Made by a program: the position numbers and the translations under genes. Of a stretch of 64,000 nucleotides of DNA, positions 28,065-38,006 are shown piece after piece. A model generated the notes under the pieces. That model saw only the letters and a program-made list of their open reading frames with translations, was not told the DNA's origin and did not search any database. The stretch covers positions 704,001 to 768,000 of the forward strand of contig OY970325.1 in assembly GCA_963717145.1 (NCBI GenBank), read 5' to 3'. This stretch comes from an uncultured Armatimonadetes bacterium (lineage in GTDB: Bacteria > Armatimonadota > UBA5829 > DTJY01). The number at the start of each line of letters is the position of its first letter. Position 1 is the first letter of the stretch.

Positions 28065-28757
28065 ACGTGTCCGTTGTATATCGTACTCGGCCTTCTCAGT
28101 CGTGGAAATAGCGAATAGAACCTGTCTGCCGTCTGACCACCAACTGATTTGAGTGTACCAGTCCTCCGGTACTATGGATTCTCGTGGCCCGTACTGCAGC
28201 GAGCCGAACCGCGATTCGCCTATGTCAAGATAAGACACGCGAATGATAGGTTCAAGAACGTAGTTCGCCGGTGACGCGAGAATGGCTGCGGCCGTGTGCT
28301 GCACGAACGATTGCACCTCAGAGAGCTTCTTCTCATCGCGAGGAGGCGCAGTCACCAGCACAGAAAAGACATGTGAGTCCTGGATCTGTATCCGGTATCC
28401 GGACTTGGTGCGATAGTCCAAGAGGAGGTAATCGCTCCCATCGTGCAGATCGGTGAGAGGCACAATCTTCCGCTTAAGATCGGGTTCAGTTGGCTGGCAG
28501 TCGTGACGAATTGCCCTCCCGAGCATCTTCCGCATGTCTGCAATCTCGACCTCCACGGACCCTGTGTACCTCTTGACCTTGATGGTCCTGGCGTTCGGCC
28601 AGCAGGCATGCTCAAACAGCTTGTGAGATTCCGAACGTTCTGCCTTTCGCATGTCGAGACTGCTCGGCTGTATGCATCCGCTCGCTTGGGAGAGCACCTG
28701 TGCTGGCACAAGACATCCGAGCACACTGAGCGTAACCAAGATTGCAGTGATCTTCAT
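27999..28757 (-). CDS. Hypothetical secreted protein
   Basis: Signal peptide MKITAILVTLSVLGCLVPAQ; GGGAG RBS; no family recognised. Confidence 0.7.
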   Translation of the reverse strand: MKITAILVTLSVLGCLVPAQVLSQASGCIQPSSLDMRKAERSESHKLFEHACWPNARTIKVKRYTGSVEVEIADMRKMLGRAIRHDCQPTEPDLKRKIVPLTDLHDGSDYLLLDYRTKSGYRIQIQDSHVFSVLVTAPPRDEKKLSEVQSFVQHTAAAILASPANYVLEPIIRVSYLDIGESRFGSLQYGPRESIVPEDWYTQISWWSDGRQVLFAISTTEKAEYDIQRTRSRLPSGPPPPKVFASRKDADK

Positions 28758-28859
28758 GGTTGATATCTCCCCTTTCTGAATCACATTATGTCACGCGTTG
28801 CTCTATTATTGCAAGAGCAAGTTTTGCTCAGACGCGTGGTCGATCTCCCCCACTCGCGT

Positions 28860-28889
28860 TTGACACCGCCCGGCCCCCGGTGCTAGGAT
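28860..28889 (+). promoter_or_regulatory. Sigma70-type promoter of the UPF0182 gene
   Basis: TTGACA-18 nt-TAGGAT with an extended TG. Confidence 0.6.
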
Positions 28890-28937
28890 TGTGCAGCCTC
28901 AGTAAGCGGAGGCTCACGCATCACACAGGAGTCTATC

Positions 28938-31694
28938 ATGACCCGCAGGTTCTGGCCGATTGTCGGCGTCATTGCTTTTTTTCTGCTCATCTTCGGCAGC
29001 TCGATCACCCGGTTCTACACCGATTGGCTCTGGTTCGGTGAAGTCGGCTACACGTCCGTGTTCTGGACGACGCTCAAGACGAAGCTGGCGCTCGGGCTGA
29101 TCGGCGGCGTAGCGTTCTTCGTGGTGCTGTTCACCAACCTCTGGCTCGCACGAAGGCTTGCCCCGCCGGCGACGCAGCAGTACCACGCGAATGTGATCCG
29201 CGCTCGGGTGGGCTCGATCGCCAGGAAGGGCCTGACGTTCGTGATCTTCGGGTCCGCACTGGCAGCCAGTGTCCTCGCCGGCCTGGAAGCCTCCTCCCAC
29301 TGGGTCAGCTATCAGATGTTCACTCACGCGAGCCAGTTTCCCGCCGTCGATCCGATCTTCGGCAATAACATCGGCTTCTACGTGTTCCAACTCGGCTTCC
29401 TGCGCTACATCTATGGATGGCTCATGTTCACCATCGTGGTGACCGCGCTGGCGACGGCCGCCGTTCACTACCTGGATCAAGCGATCGAAGTCCTGGCGGG
29501 GATGCCGACCTTCGCCCCGCATGTCAAGGCGCACCTCTCCGTCCTGTTCGCGTTGGCCCTTTTCGTGAAGGCGTGGGGCTACAGGCTCGATGCCTTCAAC
29601 CTGCTCTACTCTCAGAACGGAGTGGTCTTCGGCGCGGGATACACAGATGTGCACGCACGGCTGCTGGCCTTCCAGGTACTCTCAGTTATCGCGGTCATCG
29701 CGGGGATTCTGGCGCTCTTCAACATCTACCGTCGCGGGGTGACTCTCCCGGCGACGGCTCTCGTCATTCTCGTCGGGGGCTCGTTCGTGATGGGAGTCTT
29801 GTATCCGGCGGGAGTGCAGTTCGCGAAGGTGAAGCCCGACGAGATCCGCCTTGAATCGCAGTACATCAAAAATGACATCGAGGCGACGCGCAGGGCGTTC
29901 GACATCGACCGCATCGAGTCGAAGGATTTCCCCGCGCTGACGAACCTGACCGCCAGGGACATCGAGAATAACCGCGCCACGATCAACAGTATTAGGCTGT
30001 GGGACTATCGGCCTCTGACACAGACTTACGGCCAGCTTCAGGAGCTGTGGCAGGCATACAACATCGCCAACGTCGACGTCGATCGCTACACCATCAACGG
30101 CGAACTCCGGCAGGTGACGCTCGCCGCGCGCGAACTCTCCAGCGAGCAGTTGGGGCGCGTCACGGAGCCGACGTGGCAGAACCAGCGCCTTCAGTTCACG
30201 CATGGCTACGGCGCTGTCATGAGCCCGGTCAATCGTGTCGCCGGCGAAGGTCTCCCGGATTTCTTCCTCAGTGGAATTCCTTCGGTATCGCCGGTCGGCA
30301 TCAAGGTGGACAGTCCCCAGATCTACTACGGTGAGATCGCCAGCGATTATGTGATCGTGAACACGAAGCAAGACGAGTTCGACTATCCTCATGCTGGCGA
30401 CCCGAAGTACACGCGATATTCCGGCAAGGGCGGCATCCAACTGGACTCCTACATCAAGAAGCTCGCCTTCTCGATGAGGTTCTCCGATGTCAACATGATC
30501 CTGCCGAACCCGATCACCGCCAAGAGCCGGATGATGTTCCGCCGCCAGATTACCGAGCGAGTGCAAACGATCTTCCCGTTCCTCGTGTACGATCCTGACC
30601 CCTATCTGGTCATATCTGAAGGGAAGATGTACTGGATGCTCGATGCTTATACCGTATCGAGCAGGTATCCGTACTCCCAGCCGTATGTGATCGACAACCT
30701 TCCGCGCAACTACATCAGGAATGCCGTCAAGGTAGTGATAGATGCGTACGACGGAACCGTCGATTTCTACACGGCCGATGACAAGGACCCGGTCTTGAAG
30801 ACCTATGCGAGCATCTTCCCAGGCGTCTTCAAGCCGCTCAAGGACATGCCGGCCGATCTGAAGGCGCACATCAGGTATCCTGAACTGCTCTTCAGAGTGC
30901 AATCCAATGTGCTTCTCACCTACCACATGGAGGACCCGAGGGAGTTCTACGCGAAAAACGATCGATGGGACATCCCGAACGAGATCGTCGAGACCTCTGG
31001 CGAACAGCAGCCCATCGAACCTTACTATGTCGTGATGAAGCTGCCGGGCGAAAAAGAAGAAGAGTTCATGATGATGCTGCCTTTCACACCCGCCAACAAG
31101 GACAACATGGTGGCATGGATGGCGGCGAAGTGCGGGCCGAACGAATATGGGCGTATGGTCCTTTATCACTTCCCGAAGGACAAGTGGACCTCCGGGCCGG
31201 CGCAAATCGAGTCCAGGATCAATCAGGATCCTCTGATCTCGCAGCAGTTGAGTCTATGGAACCAGCGCGGATCGCAGGTCAACCGCGGCAATCTGTTGGT
31301 GATCCCGATAGAGAAGTCGCTCATCTACGTCGAGCCGCTCTATCTCGAATCAGAGACGAGCAAGATCCCGGAACTCAAGCGGGTGATCGTCGCATATGGC
31401 GACAAGATCTCGATGGAGGAAACACTGGACGGCGCGCTGGGTCGCATATTCGGCGAGGGCATATCGACCGACTCCCGGGAGCGTCCTGCTGCCGTCGGTG
31501 GGAAACCGGCGGTCGCGGAGGTGCCGGGCGTCACACAGAAGCCGGATGTGGGCAAGCTGACGGATCAGGCGATCAGCGAATATCAGCGCGCCAAGGAACT
31601 TCAGCGGAAGGGCGACTGGGCGGGCTATGGGCAGGAACTGAATAAGCTCGAAGGCACTCTGAACCGCCTGCGCGCCGAGATCGGAAAGCAGTAA
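28938..31694 (+). CDS. UPF0182 family membrane protein
   Basis: YTDWLWF.EVGY, DPIFG..IGFYVF, GAGYTDV, NSIRLWD, THGYG, DPDPY, NYIRN, GNLLVIP, GDWAGYG. Confidence 0.95.
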   Translation: MTRRFWPIVGVIAFFLLIFGSSITRFYTDWLWFGEVGYTSVFWTTLKTKLALGLIGGVAFFVVLFTNLWLARRLAPPATQQYHANVIRARVGSIARKGLTFVIFGSALAASVLAGLEASSHWVSYQMFTHASQFPAVDPIFGNNIGFYVFQLGFLRYIYGWLMFTIVVTALATAAVHYLDQAIEVLAGMPTFAPHVKAHLSVLFALALFVKAWGYRLDAFNLLYSQNGVVFGAGYTDVHARLLAFQVLSVIAVIAGILALFNIYRRGVTLPATALVILVGGSFVMGVLYPAGVQFAKVKPDEIRLESQYIKNDIEATRRAFDIDRIESKDFPALTNLTARDIENNRATINSIRLWDYRPLTQTYGQLQELWQAYNIANVDVDRYTINGELRQVTLAARELSSEQLGRVTEPTWQNQRLQFTHGYGAVMSPVNRVAGEGLPDFFLSGIPSVSPVGIKVDSPQIYYGEIASDYVIVNTKQDEFDYPHAGDPKYTRYSGKGGIQLDSYIKKLAFSMRFSDVNMILPNPITAKSRMMFRRQITERVQTIFPFLVYDPDPYLVISEGKMYWMLDAYTVSSRYPYSQPYVIDNLPRNYIRNAVKVVIDAYDGTVDFYTADDKDPVLKTYASIFPGVFKPLKDMPADLKAHIRYPELLFRVQSNVLLTYHMEDPREFYAKNDRWDIPNEIVETSGEQQPIEPYYVVMKLPGEKEEEFMMMLPFTPANKDNMVAWMAAKCGPNEYGRMVLYHFPKDKWTSGPAQIESRINQDPLISQQLSLWNQRGSQVNRGNLLVIPIEKSLIYVEPLYLESETSKIPELKRVIVAYGDKISMEETLDGALGRIFGEGISTDSRERPAAVGGKPAVAEVPGVTQKPDVGKLTDQAISEYQRAKELQRKGDWAGYGQELNKLEGTLNRLRAEIGKQ

Positions 31695-31711
31695 GTAGTT
31701 GCATAGCCGGG

Positions 31712-31903
31712 GTGATGGACATGCGTACAGAGAAGATCACTGAGTTCCTGGTTGTGCTGGTGTTCGCGCTCGTCACCGGTGCGTGCGCTATCCTGGCGAT
31801 TCTCTCCCTTGAGGGCGTTCTGCGCGCAGTTGCGATCTTCATCCTGCTGATCGGGGCGCTTGCGGCATGGCAGTTCCTGCGCAAGCGGTTCGGGCGGGTG
31901 TAG
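31712..31903 (+). CDS. Small 2-TM hypothetical protein
   Basis: Two hydrophobic helices and a basic tail. Confidence 0.6.
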   Translation: MMDMRTEKITEFLVVLVFALVTGACAILAILSLEGVLRAVAIFILLIGALAAWQFLRKRFGRV

Positions 31904-31912
31904 ACTGCACCA

Positions 31913-33832
31913 TCACTGGTCGCCGGCGGTCAGCAACCCTTCGAGCGTCTTCACGAGTTCCGATGAGTCGCCGGAGAGTATCCATCCCCTGTCAGGCTTC
32001 GGCGGCTTCAGCGCTGAAGCCAGGTCTATGAACCCCTCCATGTCGCTCCCACGGATGACCGGCACGATCGCCGCGTATTTCGAGAGCGCCGCATACAGGG
32101 CGTTCGTCGCCTGGAAATCTGACTGCTTCCCGGTTGCTGCTAAGTCGATCGCGGGAAGAAGCGCGTCGAGGTCCGCTATTTGCGCCCAATGACCGGGCGA
32201 CTGAGCGTCGGAGGCAAGGTCCAGCGACACGGAGCAGATGCCTTCCGGACGCACGGCCTTGAACTCCGCGCTGACGTCGGTGATCAGACCTGTCAGCTTC
32301 CCGCGCCGGAACTTGTCCCAGGCGGCCTGTGCCTCCAGGTCGGACGGCGTCCGTATGCTTTGCGGGTCGAGGTCGATGGGATCGAGCTGGTTCGCGCGGA
32401 TCATCTCCTTGCGCACCTCGATCGTGTAGCCGAACGGTATCGACATATCCCGTCCGTTCACGACGAACGGCTCTCCCTGCGGATACTCCAGCCGGTCGAG
32501 ACAGATGCCGGCGACAGCGTAGTTCGATGCGATCTCCCTCGCGATGGCCTTGACCAGTCTCGAGGTCTGCGACGATGCGGGGCACAGATACACGCTTTCC
32601 TCGGTCGGAGGCAGAGGAGGCGTCTCCTCTCCGACGTCCGGCTTGAGAGTGTTCAACTCGGCCCGCTGCCATTTCTCTTGCTCTGAGAAGGATCGATCCA
32701 GAAGGTTGCGATCCTGCACGATGGAGTACCTCGCGGCTTGAGGGGCCGGATGTGTCGAATCGCCCCAGAGGGTTGTGTCGAGAACCGCATGTACCTTCAT
32801 GCCGAGCTTCCCGGCGGCCCCTATGATCTGCTTCAGGCGGTCGGGACCGGATGGCGTTTCATCGGGATGCAGGACCTTGCTCGGATAGATCGTCTGACCG
32901 GCGCTCAGTACCGGGACGAAAAGGTTGTTGAATTGGCGATCTTTCGCCGTCCTGAGCAACGTCGTAAGGTCGCCTGATTCTCCGCCGGTCAGCCATATGC
33001 CCTCCAGATTGCCCTTGAGCGCGCTCTTCTTTGGCGTCTCCTCGGCCTGGGAGGTCGGGGTGTCGATCTTCACGGGTTTGGCCGGCGTCGGCTCGGCCGG
33101 CTTCGGTGCGGGAATGGTGAGCGGCTTCTCGACGACGAACGGTCCCTGTGGCGAGTCGATCACCATGGCCGCGCTGAGTCTGACGGCGAGGTCCGGCGAC
33201 TCTCGGACGAGGATGTCCGTCGGCGCACCGGCGGTCGTTCGAAATCCTCCGGCGCGCAGTGCCTGGTTCAGCCACGCGATCTGCGGAGGCGTCATCGTGA
33301 AGACGGAGAGCGTATTCCCGTATGCGATCTGCTCCCTCTGCAGCGGAGTCAATTCCCATTCCGGGTCGAACGCCGGCGGGAACGGCATCGTGTCGTAGAG
33401 CCATTGCTGGACACCCGTCTCGGTAGTCGCCGCCAACTCGGACTTCCGTGCCTCCTGATAGCGTTCCTTCCACCGCACAACGGCGGTTCCGCGCGCGTCC
33501 TCAGTGAGGAAGAACATGTCGTCGACCAGCCGCCACTGCAGGCCGGTGATCTCCTCGATGCAGGTCATCACGGTCTCAAGCTTCGTCGAGCTGATCTGGA
33601 TTGTGGTGGCCACATCTGCGAACCGGCGGTCGGCGAAGAACTCGGCGGAGGTCTGGCGCTCGAGCCGCCTGCACACGTCCTTGAGCGCGATGCTCCGAGC
33701 CGACAAGGACACATTGGCGATCATGAGCGGATCCGCCCGCCAATCCAGTTCCGCCTTCCGATCCGCACGAGCCGCAATCGACAGCGAGATGACCACCAGG
33801 ATGAGAAGGATGACTCTCCGCATTTCGCTCAC
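31913..33832 (-). CDS. Secreted protein: STN/secretin-N0-like N-terminus + Pro linker + GHL10-like TIM barrel
   Basis: Signal peptide; VSLSARSIALKDVCRRLERQT...LETVMTCIEEITGLQW; C-terminal half EGIWL, FNNLFV, GMKVHA, YLCP, YAVAGICLDRLEYP, WDKFRR, parallel to the GHL10 at 7038. Confidence 0.7.
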   Translation of the reverse strand: MSEMRRVILLILVVISLSIAARADRKAELDWRADPLMIANVSLSARSIALKDVCRRLERQTSAEFFADRRFADVATTIQISSTKLETVMTCIEEITGLQWRLVDDMFFLTEDARGTAVVRWKERYQEARKSELAATTETGVQQWLYDTMPFPPAFDPEWELTPLQREQIAYGNTLSVFTMTPPQIAWLNQALRAGGFRTTAGAPTDILVRESPDLAVRLSAAMVIDSPQGPFVVEKPLTIPAPKPAEPTPAKPVKIDTPTSQAEETPKKSALKGNLEGIWLTGGESGDLTTLLRTAKDRQFNNLFVPVLSAGQTIYPSKVLHPDETPSGPDRLKQIIGAAGKLGMKVHAVLDTTLWGDSTHPAPQAARYSIVQDRNLLDRSFSEQEKWQRAELNTLKPDVGEETPPLPPTEESVYLCPASSQTSRLVKAIAREIASNYAVAGICLDRLEYPQGEPFVVNGRDMSIPFGYTIEVRKEMIRANQLDPIDLDPQSIRTPSDLEAQAAWDKFRRGKLTGLITDVSAEFKAVRPEGICSVSLDLASDAQSPGHWAQIADLDALLPAIDLAATGKQSDFQATNALYAALSKYAAIVPVIRGSDMEGFIDLASALKPPKPDRGWILSGDSSELVKTLEGLLTAGDQ

Positions 33833-34479
33833 CTCGCTTCCTTTCCCTTGAGCGCGACATATGGCAGCGAGTCGAGCCGGAAACTGAACCCATCTCCGCC
33901 CGTGGTCTTCGGGACGACGACCAGCGGCATCACCCGGAACGCGACCGACACCTGCTCCGGCTTCGGGAGCGTCAGAGTGCCGGACGGCATCAGCATCGCC
34001 TTGATGATCTCCTGCTGAGCGGATGTCAACTCGGCATAGGGCAGGGGCATCCCTCTCGAGACGAGGAAGAGCTGCAGGTCATCGAGCGACGCAAGCAGCG
34101 AAGTCATTCCCTCGTCCGGGGTGAGGTCCTTCTTAGGTGGTGGCTGTAGATCAGCCGGAGTGACCGGCTTCTTGAACACCACGACGGTGGTTTCGATGTG
34201 CCAGGAAAGGCCGCTGATCTTCCCGAGCGCGTTCAGGACCTCCCTGAGCGGCTCCTGAGTCCACAAGGCGGTCAGGCCGCTCGTCGGCTCGGCCGGGGAC
34301 GCGATGTCGATCCCGGAGAGTTGGGCGATCGCTAAGACGGCATCCGACATGGATGAGTCGTCGAGCGTGAGGTCGATCTCGGAGTCGAGCTTGGAAAGGT
34401 CGAATCCGGCCAGGCATACCACCGGCATCGAGAGACAGATCACGGCGAGAACCAGTCGGCTGAACGCGGGCAGTCTCAA
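33829..34479 (-). CDS. Secreted protein with STN/secretin-N0-like domain
   Basis: Signal peptide; LDSEIDLTLDDSSMSDAVLAIAQLSGIDI...PLREVLNALGKISGLSW; 4-nt overlap with the next gene. Confidence 0.65.
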   Translation of the reverse strand: MRLPAFSRLVLAVICLSMPVVCLAGFDLSKLDSEIDLTLDDSSMSDAVLAIAQLSGIDIASPAEPTSGLTALWTQEPLREVLNALGKISGLSWHIETTVVVFKKPVTPADLQPPPKKDLTPDEGMTSLLASLDDLQLFLVSRGMPLPYAELTSAQQEIIKAMLMPSGTLTLPKPEQVSVAFRVMPLVVVPKTTGGDGFSFRLDSLPYVALKGKEAR

Positions 34480-34587
34480 AGTTTCACTCCTCCGTCGCAG
34501 GGATAGTCAGCGCCAAAGGTATTATGCCCGATCAGGGGGTTGGTATCCACCGCCATTCTACCACGCCCGCGCCCGCTTGGCAACAGA

Positions 34588-34707
34588 AAACCTCCCCGGA
34601 ACCCCACCCCAGCCCTCCCCGCAACGGAGAGGGAGCACCCCCGCTAGTACGAGAGGTGACCCCCTCTCCGTTGCGGGGAGGGCTGGGGTGGGGTTCCGGG
34701 GAGGTTT
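34588..34707. repeat. Long palindrome of the CCCCACCCCAGCCCTCCCC...GAGGG family
   Basis: AAACCTCCCCGGAACCCCACCCCAGCCCTCCCCGCAACGGAGAGGG and its exact inverse; related to 13889-13993. Confidence 0.88.
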
Positions 34708-34738
34708 CAGGGGACGACCGGGGAACATACTCAGAGAT

Positions 34739-35500
34739 ATGAGATGCCTGGCGCTTGATACGACGACTGACATAAGCAGTATCGCGATCACCGACGGCCC
34801 GGAGGTTCTGGCGGAGTACAACTTCCTCCACCGGATGGACCTCTCACAGCGGTTGATGCCGAGCATCGTCGGCCTGCTGAAGGACTGCAAGCTCGAGATG
34901 AGCGACCTGCAGGCAGTGGGGGTATCCCTCGGCCCGGGATCGTTCACCGGCCTCCGGATCGGCGTCGTGACCGCGAAGACGCTCGCCCAGACGCTCGGCA
35001 TCCCCATCGCCGGGATCGTCACCCTCGACCTCCTCGCGCATCAGTTCGACTACCTGCCCGACGCGCTCGTTTGCCCGCTCATCAAGGTCCGCAAGGGCGA
35101 GGTCTACCACGCCCTCTACCGCACGACCGGCGGCGGCATCGAGCGCCTCACCGAGTACGAGGCAGGTCCCATCGGAGACGTGTGGGAGTGTGGGAGTGTG
35201 GGAGTGTGGGAGACCGGAACTCCCTCGCCCTGTGAGGGAGAGGGTTGGGGTGAGGGTGGACCGCCGTCGATCTTCTTCTGCGGAGACGCAGTCCAGGCCA
35301 ACCTCTCCGCCTTGAGAGAGGGGCTCGCCGACCGAGTGATCCGGACGCCCCAGTGGCTCTCATACCCAAAGGCGTCGATCCTGGGCCGGCTCGGGGTCGA
35401 GAAGATCGAAGCGGGCGAAGCATCCGACCCGCTCGCGCTCGTCCCGTTCTACATCCGCCGCTCAGCACCCGAGATGCGCCTTGCCGACTCCTGCGAGTGA
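34739..35500 (+). CDS. tsaB: tRNA t6A biosynthesis protein TsaB, with in-frame repeat insertion
   Basis: MRCLALDTT, GPGSFTGLRIG, LVPFYIR...PE. Confidence 0.93.
   Translation: MRCLALDTTTDISSIAITDGPEVLAEYNFLHRMDLSQRLMPSIVGLLKDCKLEMSDLQAVGVSLGPGSFTGLRIGVVTAKTLAQTLGIPIAGIVTLDLLAHQFDYLPDALVCPLIKVRKGEVYHALYRTTGGGIERLTEYEAGPIGDVWECGSVGVWETGTPSPCEGEGWGEGGPPSIFFCGDAVQANLSALREGLADRVIRTPQWLSYPKASILGRLGVEKIEAGEASDPLALVPFYIRRSAPEMRLADSCE
35180..35260. repeat. Octamer array plus half palindrome, in frame in tsaB
   Basis: Four GTGTGGGA units, then CCCTCGCCCTGTGAGGGAGAGGGTTGGGGTGAGGG. Confidence 0.85.
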
Positions 35501-35606
35501 TCTGTTTTTTCCTGTTGACGCAAGGCTGCTGTTATAGTACTCTGGCGTAAACAGCACGGTGCACAGCTTGCCTGCTGGTTTCCCCAGACCAAATGGAGGA
35601 GTCCCG

Positions 35607-37782
35607 ATGTATCACCGGTTGATCGCTGTACTCATCTGCTTTATCCTCATCCTGGCGTGCGGATTCGCACTCTGCGCCCCCGTCAAGACAGAGCCCCCGA
35701 AACCGATCCCGAACGGCCCCGAGTGTTACACTCAGGCAAAGTTGGACGAGGCGCTTGCGAAGGTTCACTATCGCACGATCGTCGAGGCCTACCGCAAAGT
35801 GGGTATCCACGATCCCAAGTGGGACGACAAGGCGGTGAGCTTCCTGGAGGGCTATGCCGAGCATATCGGTCAGAAGCAGGAAGCGTCGCTGACCGATCAG
35901 TTGCTCAAGAACGGCGAGGAACTGCTCGCCCTGGGGTGCACCGATCCGATGGTGTTGTACGCCTATGCCAGCGAATTGCAGTTGAAAGGCACTTTCAGTA
36001 AGGCGGGAACATACTTCTGGGAAGCGATGGACGGCTTTAAGCACCACAAATACCCCAAGGTCCGAATGCGGCTTGCTCCGTTGGGGATACTCAAAGTTCA
36101 CAAGGCTCAGCGAGTCAGCGATTCGGCGGATCCCACATATCTGGAGCTGTTTCGCAAGTGGAACATCGAAATGCTGACAGATGGTAGTTTCCTCCCCGGG
36201 GAGGAGCGGATCGCTCTGGGGCTGCTGTTCCAGCCGCTGGAGGAATTCCCATACCCGGACGAGATGGGGCTCTATGAGGCGGTGAAGCAGCAGCCGAGCG
36301 TGGATACCTATATCGTCGATATGGTGGGCGGTCGGTGCCATGTAGGTCAAGGCTGGGACGAGCGTGGAACCGGGTGGGCAAACAGTGTTACCGACGAGGG
36401 CTGGAAAGGCTTGGAGGAGAACCTGCGAGCGGCCCATAGACTCCTGGTAGCTGCCTGGAAGCTTCACCCGGAATACCCTGAGGCTCCGACCGCGTTGATC
36501 GGTGTAGCTCTCGGTGGTCATGCCGCTGCGAGGGAGACCCCCAGGTTGTGGTTCGATCGCGCAGTGGCGGCCCAGATGGACTACCCGCCAGCGTACTCTC
36601 AGTACACATGGTCTATATACCCGAGATGGGGTGGCAGCCACAAGCAGATGTACGATTTCGGGGTCGAATGTCTCAAGACAGGCCGTTTCGATACGGGAGT
36701 GCCATGGCGCTTCTACTCGAATCTGAACAGGATCGTGAGCGATTACGACGGCGAGCGTATCTATTGGCGAAAGCCTGAAACTGCAGAATACGTCAAGCAG
36801 TTTTGTGACGGATATGAGAAGTCCGGCCTTTACGGCAGTCCCGAGCGACTGAAGACCATAAAGGGTGTCCTTCTCTACAAGTGCGGATCCTGCGAAGAGG
36901 CAAAGCGTGTGCTCGATGAACTCGGCGAACACGCGGACAAACTCGTGCCGCCGGATTTCGTCGGGATGCCCATTGAGCGGGTCCGAGAGGAGGTCGATGT
37001 ACTCGCTGTCGAGCCTGGAAAGGGACTGCTCATGGCCACGAAGCTGTATGACGATGGGAAGATTGCGGAGGCACTGGCGGTCTGCAGGGAGGTCGCGGCG
37101 AAATACGGTGACAATGAGAAGCCCCCATCGGTTGTTCGCAAGTGGTCCGGCATACTGAGCGTCGAGAACGGCTTGCAGAAGAAAGGGTGGGTGGACCTCC
37201 TGCCCGACGGGGACCCCTCAGGCTGGGCGGTGCGCAACGGGGAGTCGGCGACCGAGAGCGACGGAAGCGTCAAGTTGTCTGCTGTCCCTGACCGGGCAAT
37301 AGCGTCCCTGACATGTAGTGCCAGCCTTGGGGGCCACATTGAGTTGAAGGGAGAGTTGGACTTTGTTTCGCCGTTGGATTCCCCGGTCTTTGTCTACGTG
37401 CAGTTCCGTAGTTTATGGAGAACGATGAGTATCATATTCCACAAAGGCAAGGAGCAGGTGACAATCGACAGCAGCACATCGTCGTGGAGAAACACGGTGA
37501 CCAGACCCGATGATCGAGATGCACAACACCTTCGCCATTCGGTATTGGGATGGAAAGGTAACAGTGGAACTCAATGGCAAGGCACTCCCGGGGTGTTACG
37601 CGGGCAAACCCGACTCAGACGAGGTGCAGGACCCATCTCCCGATGAGCGAATGGCCCTCACGATCCTCACAACGGGTTTGAAGGAGAAGGCTGTGGTGAA
37701 GGTCAGCAAACTCCAGGTTCGCACGCTCAGCGTTCTGCCGAAGGAGATGGAGAAGGTGTCTGAGACGGGGAAACCCATGTAG
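35607..37782 (+). CDS. Secreted DUF4034-like helical protein; probable 1-nt indel near 37507
   Basis: Signal peptide; GWDERGTGWAN.V..EGW, WFDRAV, YPRWGGSH. The 37510-37782 ORF continues the C-terminal beta domain. Confidence 0.7.
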
Positions 37783-37889
37783 GGAGCGGGTGGGCGGATG
37801 GGTCCTCCTTTTCCGTGTGCTTCTGTGTTTCCGTGTTCTACCTGGCATGAAAAGTTTGTGAAAAAATGCACTAGCGTGTCCGGAACCGG

Positions 37890-37918
37890 TTGACAGGAGG
37901 GAGCGCCTGTTGTATCAT
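37890..37918 (+). promoter_or_regulatory. Sigma70-type promoter of serA
   Basis: TTGACA-17 nt-TATCAT. Confidence 0.7.
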
Positions 37919-38006
37919 TCACGCAAGCAGAATGCTTTTTCACCAGCCTGCCCGGGGCGGGCTGCCCAAGCTGCATCACTAAACCAAGCGGAAGGATGGG
38001 TGACTA

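Noticed and set aside
24752..28800. Integrative element at tRNA-Lys
   Set aside because: No integrase, and I saw no duplicated tRNA 3' end downstream.
37510..37782. Independent 90-aa gene
   Set aside because: No RBS; it continues the DUF4034-like protein after a probable extra C.
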